NCBI GenBank assembly: GCA_963830915.1
Contig: CAWHOE010000064.1
Coordinates: forward strand, 64,001-128,000
DNA: 64,000 nucleotides
Direction of reading: 5' to 3'
DNA from: a candidate division FCPU426 bacterium
Lineage (GTDB): Bacteria; Oederibacteriota; Muellerivitia; Muellerivitales; Muellerivitaceae
The notes under the pieces were generated by a model. That model worked only from the letters and a program-made list of their open reading frames with translations, was not told the origin of the DNA and did not search any database. Shown here piece after piece: positions 1 through 9,664 of this stretch. The position numbers and the translations under genes were made by a program. Within the stretch, counting starts at the first letter, position 1. Every line of letters begins with the position of its first letter.

Positions 1-494
1 GTATTGCCGAACTCCGCCACCAGATTCACCAGGATATGGAGGATCCGTTTTTCCACGCTCTCCTGCTCGAAGGATTGCATATCCTTGGACTGACGAAAAC
101 GTTTGGAAAGGTGCTGAACGACCGCTTTGGAGACCTCGGGGTACTTGTCCAGGAGGGTCAAGAAATCCGGCATGGGGAACGCCACCACCACCGTTTCGGT
201 CTCGGCCACGCTGTGGCAGGGATATTCGCCCCCGCCGAAGCAGCAGCAGGTGCCGAAAAGGCTGTTGGCCCCGACCATGCAAAGGGTCAGGTCCCGTCCG
301 TTGGCCGTGTGGATAACCGCCTTGACGTGGCCTTCCTTGACGAACCAGACAAACTCGGCCGGATCGCCTTCCAGAAAGAGGGATTCTCCCTTGGCGAACT
401 TCCGCTCGACCATTTTCTTTTCGATCTCGCTCAGTTGAGAGGCCGGGATTTTCTTGAAAATTTCCAGGGTGGAGATGAATGACTTCGACGCCAT
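1..494 (-). CDS. Crp/Fnr family transcriptional regulator (3' end outside window), Cys-rich sensory domain
   Basis: Not in ORF track; hand translation from ATG at 494 (RBS GGGGAG): MASKSFISTLEIFKKIPASQLSEIEKKMVERKFAKGESLFLEGDPAEFVWFVKEGHVKAV...LCMVGANSLFGTCCCFGGGEYPCHSVAE...SVEKRILHIL; cNMP-binding fold followed by the start of the Crp HTH region. Confidence 0.9.
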   Translation of the reverse strand, partial: MASKSFISTLEIFKKIPASQLSEIEKKMVERKFAKGESLFLEGDPAEFVWFVKEGHVKAVIHTANGRDLTLCMVGANSLFGTCCCFGGGEYPCHSVAETETVVVAFPMPDFLTLLDKYPEVSKAVVQHLSKRFRQSKDMQSFEQESVEKRILHILVNLVAEFGN

Positions 495-667
495 GTTGCT
501 GTGTCTCCCCCGGCGGTTTTCTGGAATTGCATTTCGATTTCCTTCCCTTTCCCGCTGCAAAAAAACGACCTTGATAAAGGCCAGGTTAGAGCGGGTCCAA
601 CGCTTATGGGAATGTTTAATGTTATATTACCGTGGCCCTTATCGATAATACAAGATATGGGAGAAAT

Positions 668-683
668 TATGACACCTGTCATA
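668..683. promoter_or_regulatory. Crp/Fnr-type palindromic box TATGAC-ACCT-GTCATA
   Basis: Perfect palindrome between the divergent crp/fnr and acyl-CoA ligase genes; member of a motif family seen 13 times. Confidence 0.75.
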
Positions 684-768
684 CAAACTTTTTTGGGAAG
701 GACGATGATAAGGGTCGTCGCGCGTCTTAAAACCATTGAAATAAAAGGAATTTGAAAGGCAAGCTCCC

Positions 769-3530
769 ATGGATATTCTTCAGACTTCTTCCCTGCAAAA
801 ACTTCAGGATCCCTCCCACGATTTCTTAAAAGGACAGCCCGGACCTCTCGACGCTTTGTTGAAACCCAAGAGCGTGGCCATCATCGGAGCCACCGATCGC
901 ATCGGCAGCGTGGGCCGTTCCATCGTCCTGAACCTGACCCGCTCCACCTATCAGGGGAAGATCTATCCCATCAACCCGAACCGCGCTGAGGTTTTGGGAG
1001 CGAAAGCCTACCCCACTATTCAAGCGACGCCGGAAGCGCCCGAGATGGCCATCATCATCACCCCCGCGGCGACCGTGCCCGGGCTCATTGGCGACTGCGT
1101 GGCCAAGGGCGTGAAAAGCGCCATCATCATCTCCGCCGGTTTCAAGGAAAGGGGCCCGGAAGGCGCGGCCCTGGAAAAACAGATCATGGACAAGATCAAG
1201 GGCACCAATTTCCGCATCGTCGGTCCCAACTGTTTGGGGCTCATGAGCCCCCACATCGGCATGAACGCCAGCTTCGCGCCCGAGATGGCGCTTCCCGGGT
1301 CTGTCGCCTTCTTGAGCCAGAGCGGCGCGCTGGGAACGGCCATCCTGGAATGGAGCATTTCCTCGAAGGTCGGTTTGAGTTCCTTCGTCTCCATCGGTTC
1401 CATGATGGACGTGGATTGGGGCGATCTGATCGACGCCCTAGGCAATGACCCCTACACCCGCAGTATCCTTATCTATATGGAGTCGGTCGGCAACGCCCAG
1501 TCCTTCCTTTCCGCCGCCCGCGAGGTTTCCTATTCCAAACCCATCATCGTCCTGAAAACCGGACGTTCGGAAGTGGCCGCCAAGGCCGCCGTCTCCCATA
1601 CCGGCTCCCTGACGGGCAGCGACAAGGTCCTGCGGGCCGCTTTCAAACGCTGCGGCGTCCTCTGGGTGGACCAGATCGAGGACCTCTTCTACATGGCCGA
1701 GGCTTTGGCCAAACAGCCCCGCCCCAAGGGACCGCGCCTGACCATCGTCACTAACGCCGGCGGCCCCGGCGTTCTGGCCACCGACGCCCTGGTGGAAGGC
1801 AAAGGCGTCATGGCGGAAGTGGATCCCGACACCTTGAAGGCCCTGGACGCTTTCTTACCGGCCAGCTGGAGTCACGGCAACCCCGTGGATGTGCTGGGCG
1901 ACGCCGATCCGGACCGTTACGCCAAGGGCATGGAGATCGCCCTAAAGAACAAGGAGAGCGACGGCTTGCTGGCCATCGTCACCCCTCAGACCGTCACCCA
2001 ACCTGTCATTTTGGCCGAAAAACTGAAGGTTTTCGGCACTGGCACCGACAAGCCGGTCCTGGCCTGCTTCATGGGCGGGGACCAGATGGGGAATCTGCGG
2101 GACGTGCTGCAGAACGCCGGTATCCCTTCCTTCGCCTTCCCTGACACCGCTGCCCGGGTCTTCAACCACATGTGGCATTACAGTTCCAACCTCAAGAGCC
2201 TCTATGAGACTCCCGCCACCTCCGGTGAGGTCGACTTCAAGAAACCTCCCAGAAGGACGTGGCCGACATGTTGGCCAAGATCCAGGGGACCGGACGGACG
2301 CTCCTGACCGAGTACGAGGCCAAGCAGGTCCTGGACTTCTACGGGATCCCCGGTTCCACCACCAAGCTGGCCGCCACCCCCGAGGAGGCCGTCAAGGCCG
2401 CCGACGCGATCGGCTATCCGGTGGTCGTGAAACTGAACTCCCAGACCATCACCCACAAGTCGGACATGGGTGGGGTATTGTTGAACATCCAGAACGCGGA
2501 CGCCGTCAAGGCCGCCTTCGAGAAGATCAAGGCCTCCATCACCCAGAAAGCGAAAGCTTCCGATTTCCAGGGCGTGACGGTCCAACCCATGGTGAAACTG
2601 GACGGCTTCGAGTTGATCCTCGGCGCCAGCCCCGACCCACAGTTTGGGCCGGTCATCCTCTTCGGGATGGGCGGTACCCTGGTCGAGGTCTTCCGGGACA
2701 GCTCCTTGGGATTGCCTCCCCTGACCACCACCCTCGCCCGCCGGATGATGGAGGAGACCATCATCTACAAGGCCCTCAAGGGCGTGCGCGGCAAACCGCC
2801 GGTGGACATGGCGCTCCTAGAAAGCGTGCTGGTCAAGTTCAGCCAGTTGATCGCCGAACAGCCGGCCATCAAGGAAATGGACCTGAACCCCTTGATCGCC
2901 GCCGGGGACAAGGTCATCGCCCTGGACGCCCGTATCGTCCTGAATGACCCCAAGGCCGATAAGTCGACCTGGCCCAAGCCGGTCATCCGACCCTATCCCA
3001 TCCAGTACGTGAGCCCCTTCACCATGAAGAACGGCTCGGCCGTCACCATCCGGCCCATCCGGCCGGAGGATGAGCCCTTGATGGTCGATTTCCACCAGGG
3101 CCTTTCGGACTTCAGCGTCTACATGCGCTACTTCGCGCCGGTGAAGCTGACCGAGCGGGTCGCCCATGACCGCCTGATCCGTTTGTGCTTCCTGGATTAC
3201 CAACGGGAGATCGCCCTGGTGGCCGACTACCAGGACCCCAAGACGGGCAAGCATCAGATCCAGGGTGTGGCCCGTTTGAGCCATCTGGTGAACGAGGAAG
3301 AAAAAGAGTTCGCCATTGTGGTGAGCGATTCCTGCCAACACCAGGGATTGGGTTATGAGCTATTGAGCCGGCTGGTCGAGATCGGCCGGAAGGAAGGCTA
3401 CAAGAGGATCGTGGGTTACCTCTTGGCGGAGAACGCGGCCATGCAAAAGATGGCCAAGGAACTGGGCTTCGAGCTCACTTTCTCTGACGACCACAAATCG
3501 GTCTTCGCGGCTTATAACTATAAAAAATAA
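769..3530 (+). CDS. Bifunctional acetate-CoA ligase family / GNAT acetyltransferase (Pat/YfiQ-like); one-base frameshift near 2245
   Basis: CoA-binding SVAIIGA, GPNCLG, SQSGALG, SHTGSL, NPVD in 769-2307; ATP-grasp ([27 protein letters not shown]) and C-terminal GNAT in 2259-3530; one extra A at aagaaacctccc joins the frames. Confidence 0.9.
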
Positions 3531-3551
3531 TTCGACAAGTTTTTGATCCAG

Positions 3552-3585
3552 AGCGGCCCCGGATTTTTCCTGGGCCGCTTTTTTT
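3552..3585 (+). terminator. Rho-independent terminator
   Basis: agcggccc...gggccgct followed by a T-run just after the stop. Confidence 0.75.
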
Positions 3586-3631
3586 ATCGGCGGATCTTCC
3601 TTTTCCCTGTTTTCATCTTCGGTTGGGAGGG

Positions 3632-3674
3632 TATGACGATAGTCATACCCTTTCGGCCCGCTTGGTTTTATAAA
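3632..3674 (+). promoter_or_regulatory. Box TATGAC-GATA-GTCATA (3632-3647) plus -10 TATAAA (3669-3674)
   Basis: Perfect palindrome with a 21-nt spacer to the -10 hexamer. Confidence 0.75.
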
Positions 3675-3713
3675 AGTTTTCCGATCGATCGACGGAACTA
3701 TGGAGCGGAAAAT

Positions 3714-4166
3714 ATGAAGGATGCTTTCAAGGACTATTTCTTGAAGATGGGTTTAACGGACGGCCCCCAGCTGCGTAGGCTGGAGGATATCGTGAATGTC
3801 GCCCAGGGACTTTTTCCCGATGAGATGGAAGAGGTTTTCATTTCCCAGTCCAGCGAGGAAAATGGGAATGTCACCGAATGGGACAGTCTTTGGTTCTTTT
3901 CAAGCAAATACTGCCTGGAAGCCCGCCAGTTCACCGTTCACAACGACTTTGAGATCCATCGTTTGGAAGGCATCCAGAACCTGCGGTTGATCGTGGAAAA
4001 TTGCGCGCTGGGGAAATTCCCCACCGCCGAGTCGCTGGGTCCCAAATCCACCATGACGACGGAGTTCACCCCCCAGAGGGGTGGGCGATGCCAGCTTTAC
4101 GCCTTCAGTCACAATTGTGAAAAACTGGCTTCCATCGCGAAAAAATACCTTCAGACCAATCTATAA
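3714..4166 (+). CDS. Hypothetical protein (~150 aa)
   Basis: ATG 3714 with GGAG upstream; no recognisable motif. Confidence 0.65.
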   Translation: MKDAFKDYFLKMGLTDGPQLRRLEDIVNVAQGLFPDEMEEVFISQSSEENGNVTEWDSLWFFSSKYCLEARQFTVHNDFEIHRLEGIQNLRLIVENCALGKFPTAESLGPKSTMTTEFTPQRGGRCQLYAFSHNCEKLASIAKKYLQTNL

Positions 4167-4193
4167 AAAGGACCCCGCTTTAGTCCGATTGGG

Positions 4194-5561
4194 TTAACGC
4201 TGGGGTTCATCCGGGTCCAGCAGGGGCCACCAGGTCTCGACCCTGGTCCCTTTCTTCGGTTCGCTGGTCAGATGCACCCTTCCCCCATGCCATTGCAATA
4301 TCTGTTTAACGATGGAAAGCCCCAGGCCCGTCCCGAATTTTTCCGCGGTCCTCGCGTTGCTGGCCCTGAAGAATTCCTCGAACAGGCTTTTTTGCTGTTT
4401 GGGAGGGATGCCGATCCCCTGGTCCTCGACGGCTAGGATCAACCAATCACCCTGGGTCTTGAACTCCACCAAAATAGGACTTCGTCCTTCCGGGGTGTAC
4501 TTGACCGCGTTGGAAAGAAGGTTGTCTACCACCCGGCCCATCGCGTCCTTGTCCGCCTTCAACCTTACCTGCGGGTCGCCGTGCAATTGGAAGAGTAGCT
4601 CTTTCTTCTTCGCCTCGCCTTCCATGGATTGGACCCGTTTCAAAAGAAGCTGATAGAGTTCCAGCGATTCCCTCTTCATCGGCATTTCCAGGACCTGGGT
4701 CCGTGACAACCAAACCAGGTCATCAATGAGTTCCAGCAGGGACCAAACCCTTTTCTTGGCCGTTTGGATCGCCTGAGTGGTCTTCTCGTTCTTTTTGGGG
4801 ATGGCCTTATCCACCGCCGAAAGATCGAAATCCATCTCGATGGCGGGGTTCTTCAGTTGATGCACCACTTGCCGCAGGAATTTGTTCTTATAGACATCCA
4901 ATTGCTTCAGTTCCTCGTTGGCCTGGAGGAGCTGTTCGCCCGTCTCTTTCAAGGCTTTTTGCTGGGCCCGCAGGTCCCGGGCCAAACGGGAAAGGAAATA
5001 CCAAAGACCAACCACGGTGATGGAATAAGCCAAGAGGATAGAACGTTCCGCCATATCCCAGCTATCCGAGGTTCCCTTCCAGAGATCGCCTCCCGATGCG
5101 TGGATAGAGGGTTCCAGGAAATACAGAAGCCAGGGCAAACACAGGGCCAAGATCGCGTACCCCAGGCTTTTGGAAGTGGGAAAAACGATGGAACTGATGG
5201 TCAGGTGGAATAGATAGAAAAGCAGCAGCGGGTTATCGGCCCCGCCGTTGAAATAAAGCATTAAAGTCATGATGATCAGGTCGGCGATCATTTGAACATG
5301 GAAAAACTTCTCGACCTGGGACGCGATTACCGGAAGGGAGGCGGTCGATCTTTTCAATCGCCCGACCCAGGCTATGTAAAAAACGTTCAGGACCGCCAGT
5401 AATAAGAAGCAACAAGAGATCTTAAGCCATTGGATCTGGACGGGCGCGATCATCGGTCCCAGCCATAGGATCACGCCACCCATGACGATGGCCGCCCATC
5501 GCAATCGGATGAACCAGTTCAGGCGTTCGAACGGGATCTCTTCGTTCAATTTTTGCGTCAT
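4194..5561 (-). CDS. Membrane-bound sensor histidine kinase (no adjacent response regulator)
   Basis: Multiple N-terminal TM segments, H-box-like [31 protein letters not shown]. Confidence 0.9.
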   Translation of the reverse strand: MTQKLNEEIPFERLNWFIRLRWAAIVMGGVILWLGPMIAPVQIQWLKISCCFLLLAVLNVFYIAWVGRLKRSTASLPVIASQVEKFFHVQMIADLIIMTLMLYFNGGADNPLLLFYLFHLTISSIVFPTSKSLGYAILALCLPWLLYFLEPSIHASGGDLWKGTSDSWDMAERSILLAYSITVVGLWYFLSRLARDLRAQQKALKETGEQLLQANEELKQLDVYKNKFLRQVVHQLKNPAIEMDFDLSAVDKAIPKKNEKTTQAIQTAKKRVWSLLELIDDLVWLSRTQVLEMPMKRESLELYQLLLKRVQSMEGEAKKKELLFQLHGDPQVRLKADKDAMGRVVDNLLSNAVKYTPEGRSPILVEFKTQGDWLILAVEDQGIGIPPKQQKSLFEEFFRASNARTAEKFGTGLGLSIVKQILQWHGGRVHLTSEPKKGTRVETWWPLLDPDEPQR

Positions 5562-5629
5562 GTGGTTTCCTTTGAGTAACCGCGATTCCTAAACTTCAAC
5601 CGTATCATCTCCAAATAGAAACAACCCAC

Positions 5630-5672
5630 TATGATAGTTGTCATAAAGATTACATTTCCTCGTCGTTAGGAT
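5630..5672 (+). promoter_or_regulatory. Box TATGAT-AGTT-GTCATA (5630-5645) plus -10 TAGGAT (5667-5672) for the cytochrome c-cyc2 operon
   Basis: Palindrome with a 21-nt spacer to the -10. Confidence 0.7.
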
Positions 5673-5725
5673 TCCTCTGATATGATTTGTCGTCTGGGTC
5701 ATAAAAATTTTTAAGGGGGAGTTTG

Positions 5726-6175
5726 ATGACATCCGATCGAATGAAGCTCAGTGGTTTCTTTTTGATGTTCGCCTCGTTGGCCGCCGTATTCACTTTCAGT
5801 ATGACGTTGGCTTACGCCGCCGCTGATGACGTGAAGGACGCTTGGGTCGCCCCAGCGGACGCCGCCAAGGTGGCCAATCCAGTCGCCGCCGATCAAAAGT
5901 CGGCCGATCAAGGGAAGAAGATCTATACGGGCAAATGCCTGTCCTGCCATGGTTCTCAAGGCAAAGGCGATGGTCCCATGATGAAGGTCTTGAAGAAAAA
6001 ACCCAGCGACCTGACTTCCGCCGATGTGGCCGCCGAGACCGATGGCGCCCTCTTTTATAAGATCACCAAGGGCCAGAAACCCATGCCCACCTTCGCCAAG
6101 AGCCTCACCGACAAAGAGCGTTGGACCGTGGTGAATTACATCCGTTCATTGAATAAATCGGCTGATAAGAAGTAA
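5726..6175 (+). CDS. Periplasmic monohaem cytochrome c
   Basis: Signal peptide, CLSCHG, GDGP, distal Met in PMPTF. Confidence 0.92.
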   Translation: MTSDRMKLSGFFLMFASLAAVFTFSMTLAYAAADDVKDAWVAPADAAKVANPVAADQKSADQGKKIYTGKCLSCHGSQGKGDGPMMKVLKKKPSDLTSADVAAETDGALFYKITKGQKPMPTFAKSLTDKERWTVVNYIRSLNKSADKK

Positions 6176-6196
6176 TTAAACAAAAAGGGGGAGTTC

Positions 6197-7594
6197 ATGC
6201 GACAAAGTTCCATGAAGTCGTTGATATTTAGCGGGAGGTCTTTCGCCCTTCTGCTGATCGCTTTTCTTTTCGTCGGTCTTTCTTCAAAAGCCCAGGCTGT
6301 TCCCAGCTTTTCCCGTCAGACCGGGATGACCTGTCTGGCCTGCCACACCGCTTTTCCCGAGCTGACGCCTTACGGCCGTTGGTTCAAGCTCAATGGCTAT
6401 GTTTCCGGCGAGGCCGATAAGGTGACCGAGAAGAGCGATGCCGGCGATGTGTCGCTGGACATCCTCAAGGGCGCTCCCCTTTCCGCCATGATCCAAGTGA
6501 CGGACACCTTCGTTCAGAAACCCACGGTCACCGGTCCCGCCCCTGGGGACGACGGCATGGGCGTTCTTGGTTTCCCTGAGCAGATGAGCCTCTTTTACGC
6601 CGGGGAGATCACCCCGAACGTAGGCGCCTTCGCCCAGATGACCTATGACTTCCAGAGCGGGGTCCTGCACTCGGACAATACCGACATCCGTTACACCACC
6701 CATTTCGACGCGGGCGGACGGGACGCTATCTGGGGCTTCACCTTGAACAACAACCCTACCGTCCAGGACGTTTATAACTCCACGCCGGCCTGGGGTTTCC
6801 CCTATTCAGCTTCCGCCACAACCCCGAAGCCAGGCGCCTCGGTCCAGATCACTTCCATGGGAGGTTCGGTCGGCGGTTTGGGAACTTATTTATCCTTGGA
6901 TAAGCTTTTGTACGCTGAGGTCGCGGCCTATCGCGACGCTCCCCAGGGCGGTTCTAATCCCTCCGAGGTTATCCAAGGCTACGCGCCTTACTGGCGTCTC
7001 GCCCTCAGCCAGGAAGTGGATGACCACTCCTTCGAGATCGGTGGATTCGGATTGTTTGAGAACGGCGAACCTACATTTACAAATGGTGTAAGTGTGGTAA
7101 TGTCTGGTATTCCCACTCCAGGAAAGGCCGATTACTTCGAGGATTGGGGTGCGGACGCTCAATACCAGTACACCACTAAAGACCACCAATTATCCGCCCA
7201 GGCAAGCTGGATTCGAGAATATCAAACTTGGAATTCCACCTTTAATACTTCGGATGGTATTAACTCCGGGTCACAAAACCTTAAGGATCAGTTGGAACAA
7301 CTGAAGGTCAACCTGACCTACTACTACCAACGGAAGATTGGCGCGACTGTGGGTTACTTTGGTCTAGGTGGGACCTACGATTCCAGCCTTTATGGAACGG
7401 CGACCAACGGCAATCCGGAGACCCAGGGCATGGTCTATGAGCTCAACTATCTACCCTGGCTGAACACCAAGTTCACCCTCCAATACACCCAGTATTTCAA
7501 GTATAACGGCGGGGCGACCGACCCTTACGACGGCGGCACCCGGATGGCCAGCGACAACAACACGGTCATGGCCATGGCTTGGTTCGCGTATTAA
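6197..7594 (+). CDS. cyc2: Cyc2-like outer-membrane cytochrome c-porin fusion (putative Fe(II) oxidase family)
   Basis: Signal peptide then AVPSFSRQTGMTCLACHTAFPELTPYGRWFKLNGY (Cyc2 signature), followed by a beta-barrel-like region with an aromatic C-terminus (AWFAY). Confidence 0.85.
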   Translation: MRQSSMKSLIFSGRSFALLLIAFLFVGLSSKAQAVPSFSRQTGMTCLACHTAFPELTPYGRWFKLNGYVSGEADKVTEKSDAGDVSLDILKGAPLSAMIQVTDTFVQKPTVTGPAPGDDGMGVLGFPEQMSLFYAGEITPNVGAFAQMTYDFQSGVLHSDNTDIRYTTHFDAGGRDAIWGFTLNNNPTVQDVYNSTPAWGFPYSASATTPKPGASVQITSMGGSVGGLGTYLSLDKLLYAEVAAYRDAPQGGSNPSEVIQGYAPYWRLALSQEVDDHSFEIGGFGLFENGEPTFTNGVSVVMSGIPTPGKADYFEDWGADAQYQYTTKDHQLSAQASWIREYQTWNSTFNTSDGINSGSQNLKDQLEQLKVNLTYYYQRKIGATVGYFGLGGTYDSSLYGTATNGNPETQGMVYELNYLPWLNTKFTLQYTQYFKYNGGATDPYDGGTRMASDNNTVMAMAWFAY

Positions 7595-7713
7595 CAGGTT
7601 GCAAAAATAAAAATAGGGCCACAAAGCAACCTGAAACCCCAAAGATTCCGCAGGAATCGTGGGGTTACCACTTAAGCATTAACTAAAAAAGTCCGCTCTG
7701 GGGACTTTTTCAG
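7595..7713 (+). repeat. Palindromic MITE/REP-like element, copy 1 (copy 2 at 23970-24091, inverted)
   Basis: gggccacaaagca.cctg..accccaaagattccgcaggaatcgtggggttacc...aaaaagtccg.tct.gggactttttcag shared with the reverse complement of 23977-24075. Confidence 0.85.
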
Positions 7714-7735
7714 TTGTCAGCAAAAATTAATATAA

Positions 7736-7811
7736 CGGGGTTGGCTTGAGTTCCTGATCGACCCCGGCATACACTCAAAAGGCCCTCCGGTCCGCCGGGG
7801 GGCCTTTTTTT
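7736..7811 (+). promoter_or_regulatory. Terminator hairpin (7777-7811) preceded by a possible pseudoknot; candidate attenuator for VIT1
   Basis: aaaaggccctccgg-tccg-ccggggggcc plus T7; upstream stem cggggttgg/tcgaccccg whose loop ttgagt can pair with actcaa. Confidence 0.5.
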
Positions 7812-7839
7812 ATTCATCCCATCACACGTGAAAGCGGTC

Positions 7840-8550
7840 ATGGCCAATCCCATTCCCCATCATCATCACCACGAGACCCATCGAGGTTCCACTCTGGCCC
7901 TTCGGGATATCGTGGTGGGACTATCGGACGGTCTAACCGTTCCCTTCGCCCTTTCCGCGGGCCTAAGCGGGGCCGTTTCCAGCAACCACCTGATCCTGAT
8001 CGCCGGTATCGCTGAGATCGTGGCCGGGACCATTTCCATGGGGCTGGGCGGGTATCTGGCCGGTCGGACCGAGATCGAGCATTACGAGGGAGAGCAAAAA
8101 CGCGAGGCCCGGGAGGTCAAGGAGATCCCCCACGAGGAGGAAGATGAGGTAAAGGCCCTTCTGGAAGCCTACGGTATCTCGCCCACGATCCAGCAGGCCG
8201 TGGCCGGGGAACTGGCCAAGGACCACACCAAATGGGTGGATTTCATGATGCGCTTCGAGCTGGGGCTGGAAAAACCCGACCCCCAACAAGCCCTGCGGAG
8301 CGCCTGGCGCATCGGCCTTTCCTACGCCGTCGGCGGGTTGGTCCCCCTCTCGGCCTATTTATTCTCTGACAATCCCCTGACCGGCCTGGAATATTCTTTC
8401 CTCATCACGGTGGCTTGCCTGATGGTCTTTGGTTATTTCAAGGCCCTCCTGACCAGCCAGAACCCCTGGAAAGGCGCTCTCACCGTGACCCTCACGGGTA
8501 TCCTCTCCGCCGCCGCGGCTTTCGGCCTCACCCGCCTGATCAACCGCTGA
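7840..8550 (+). CDS. VIT1/CCC1 family Fe/Mn transporter
   Basis: RDIVVGLSDGLTVPFAL, AEIVAGTISMGLGGYLA, FMMRFELG; His-rich N-terminus (alternative GTG start at 7828). Confidence 0.93.
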   Translation: MANPIPHHHHHETHRGSTLALRDIVVGLSDGLTVPFALSAGLSGAVSSNHLILIAGIAEIVAGTISMGLGGYLAGRTEIEHYEGEQKREAREVKEIPHEEEDEVKALLEAYGISPTIQQAVAGELAKDHTKWVDFMMRFELGLEKPDPQQALRSAWRIGLSYAVGGLVPLSAYLFSDNPLTGLEYSFLITVACLMVFGYFKALLTSQNPWKGALTVTLTGILSAAAAFGLTRLINR

Positions 8551-8593
8551 ACCAGCCGCCCTCCCAGTCGAACCTCATGGAAACTCGCGTCAG

Positions 8594-8636
8594 GATGACG
8601 GCAGTCATAATTGCCTCCACCCTCAGGTCCTAGGAT
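8594..8636 (+). promoter_or_regulatory. Box GATGAC-GGCA-GTCATA (8594-8609) plus -10 TAGGAT (8631-8636)
   Basis: Motif with a 21-nt spacer. Confidence 0.7.
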
Positions 8637-8684
8637 AGGATCAAATTCAAGGGTACCGCATACCCTGGTCGAGGGAGGCCGAAC

Positions 8685-9233
8685 ATGCCCGCCTATCAAA
8701 TACGTTTCTCTTCCGGTTTGCCGTTGAAGGAATGGATCCATCAAATGTCCATTCGCCTCGAGTCGAAGATCCCCGTCCATCTCTGGCCCAAGGTCTATTT
8801 CACCAAAGGCATCCGCATCCTCATCCTGGGCAAGGCCTTGAAAGAGGGACTGCTATGCCATATCCGTACCACTGATGTGTGCGGGAACCAGGCTGAATGC
8901 GAGGAGACCTGCCAACCCGCGCCCGAGAACAAGAGCACGGGGATGTTCCTGGAAAGCCAGGGGGGAGGCCCCATCGAGATGTACCAGCTCATCGGCGTCC
9001 GAGACCATAAGGACCTGGCGAACAAGCTCATGGATCATATCCTGACCCGCCTCCCCGAAGCTTCCGTTCTGTGGGAAAAACTAACCGAAGACATAGCGTC
9101 CGAGATCAGTTATCACTTATTCATCAATGAGCTTTGCGGATTGACCGACCTGTGCCAGAAAGCCACACCCAGGAATCTGGCGGAGGAACTGGTCCGCGAT
9201 CCCGGCCCGGACGAAGTCCCGGCGAATACATAA
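8685..9233 (+). CDS. Hypothetical Cys-containing protein
   Basis: Strong RBS GGGAGG; CHIRTTDVCGNQAECEETC cluster. Confidence 0.7.
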   Translation: MPAYQIRFSSGLPLKEWIHQMSIRLESKIPVHLWPKVYFTKGIRILILGKALKEGLLCHIRTTDVCGNQAECEETCQPAPENKSTGMFLESQGGGPIEMYQLIGVRDHKDLANKLMDHILTRLPEASVLWEKLTEDIASEISYHLFINELCGLTDLCQKATPRNLAEELVRDPGPDEVPANT

Positions 9234-9241
9234 ACCATTTG

Positions 9242-9408
9242 AACCACCAAGACACCAAGGCACCTAGTGATCTTAATCGTGGAACAAACTCGTCATAAAG
9301 AAACTTTGTCGATATTTTGAAATAATCCCATTAAATCCAAAAAATGTTCCTATTTTCAAAACAAATCGTTGATCAAGCCTTTCTTTGTGCCTTGGTGTCT
9401 TGGTGGTT
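9242..9408. repeat. Inverted-repeat element with CACCAAG units and an AT-rich core
   Basis: 22-bp perfect IR aaccaccaagacaccaaggcac (9242-9263) / 9387-9408. Confidence 0.85.
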
Positions 9409-9664
9409 GATCGATTTTCTGTCTGAAAGGAGAAGGTAAATGGGTGGATGGTCCTGTCCTTATCAAACCAAGGACATGCAATGCCAAAGGGTGAAGATCG
9501 AATGCGATCCGGGCATGAAAGGTTGCGTGCTACGGGGCAAGGTGGTTTCGCCGAGGATGATCCGCCTCTTGATCCCCCTAAAAAATCCTCCAAACCCCGA
9601 AAAACCAAAAGAAAACCCTCAAAGTAATCGGACCTTATTTCCCCCGATGTAATACAATTCCCCC

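Noticed and set aside
36..482. 148-aa plus-strand ORF and other long antisense ORFs (e.g. 12097-13308, 14403-15518, 51609-53027)
   Set aside because: Shadow frames of real genes in GC-rich DNA
2235..2260. Programmed frameshift or split gene in the Pat-type ligase
   Set aside because: One missing base in a short A run restores the fusion; the same error pattern recurs across the window, consistent with long-read indels (check by read mapping)
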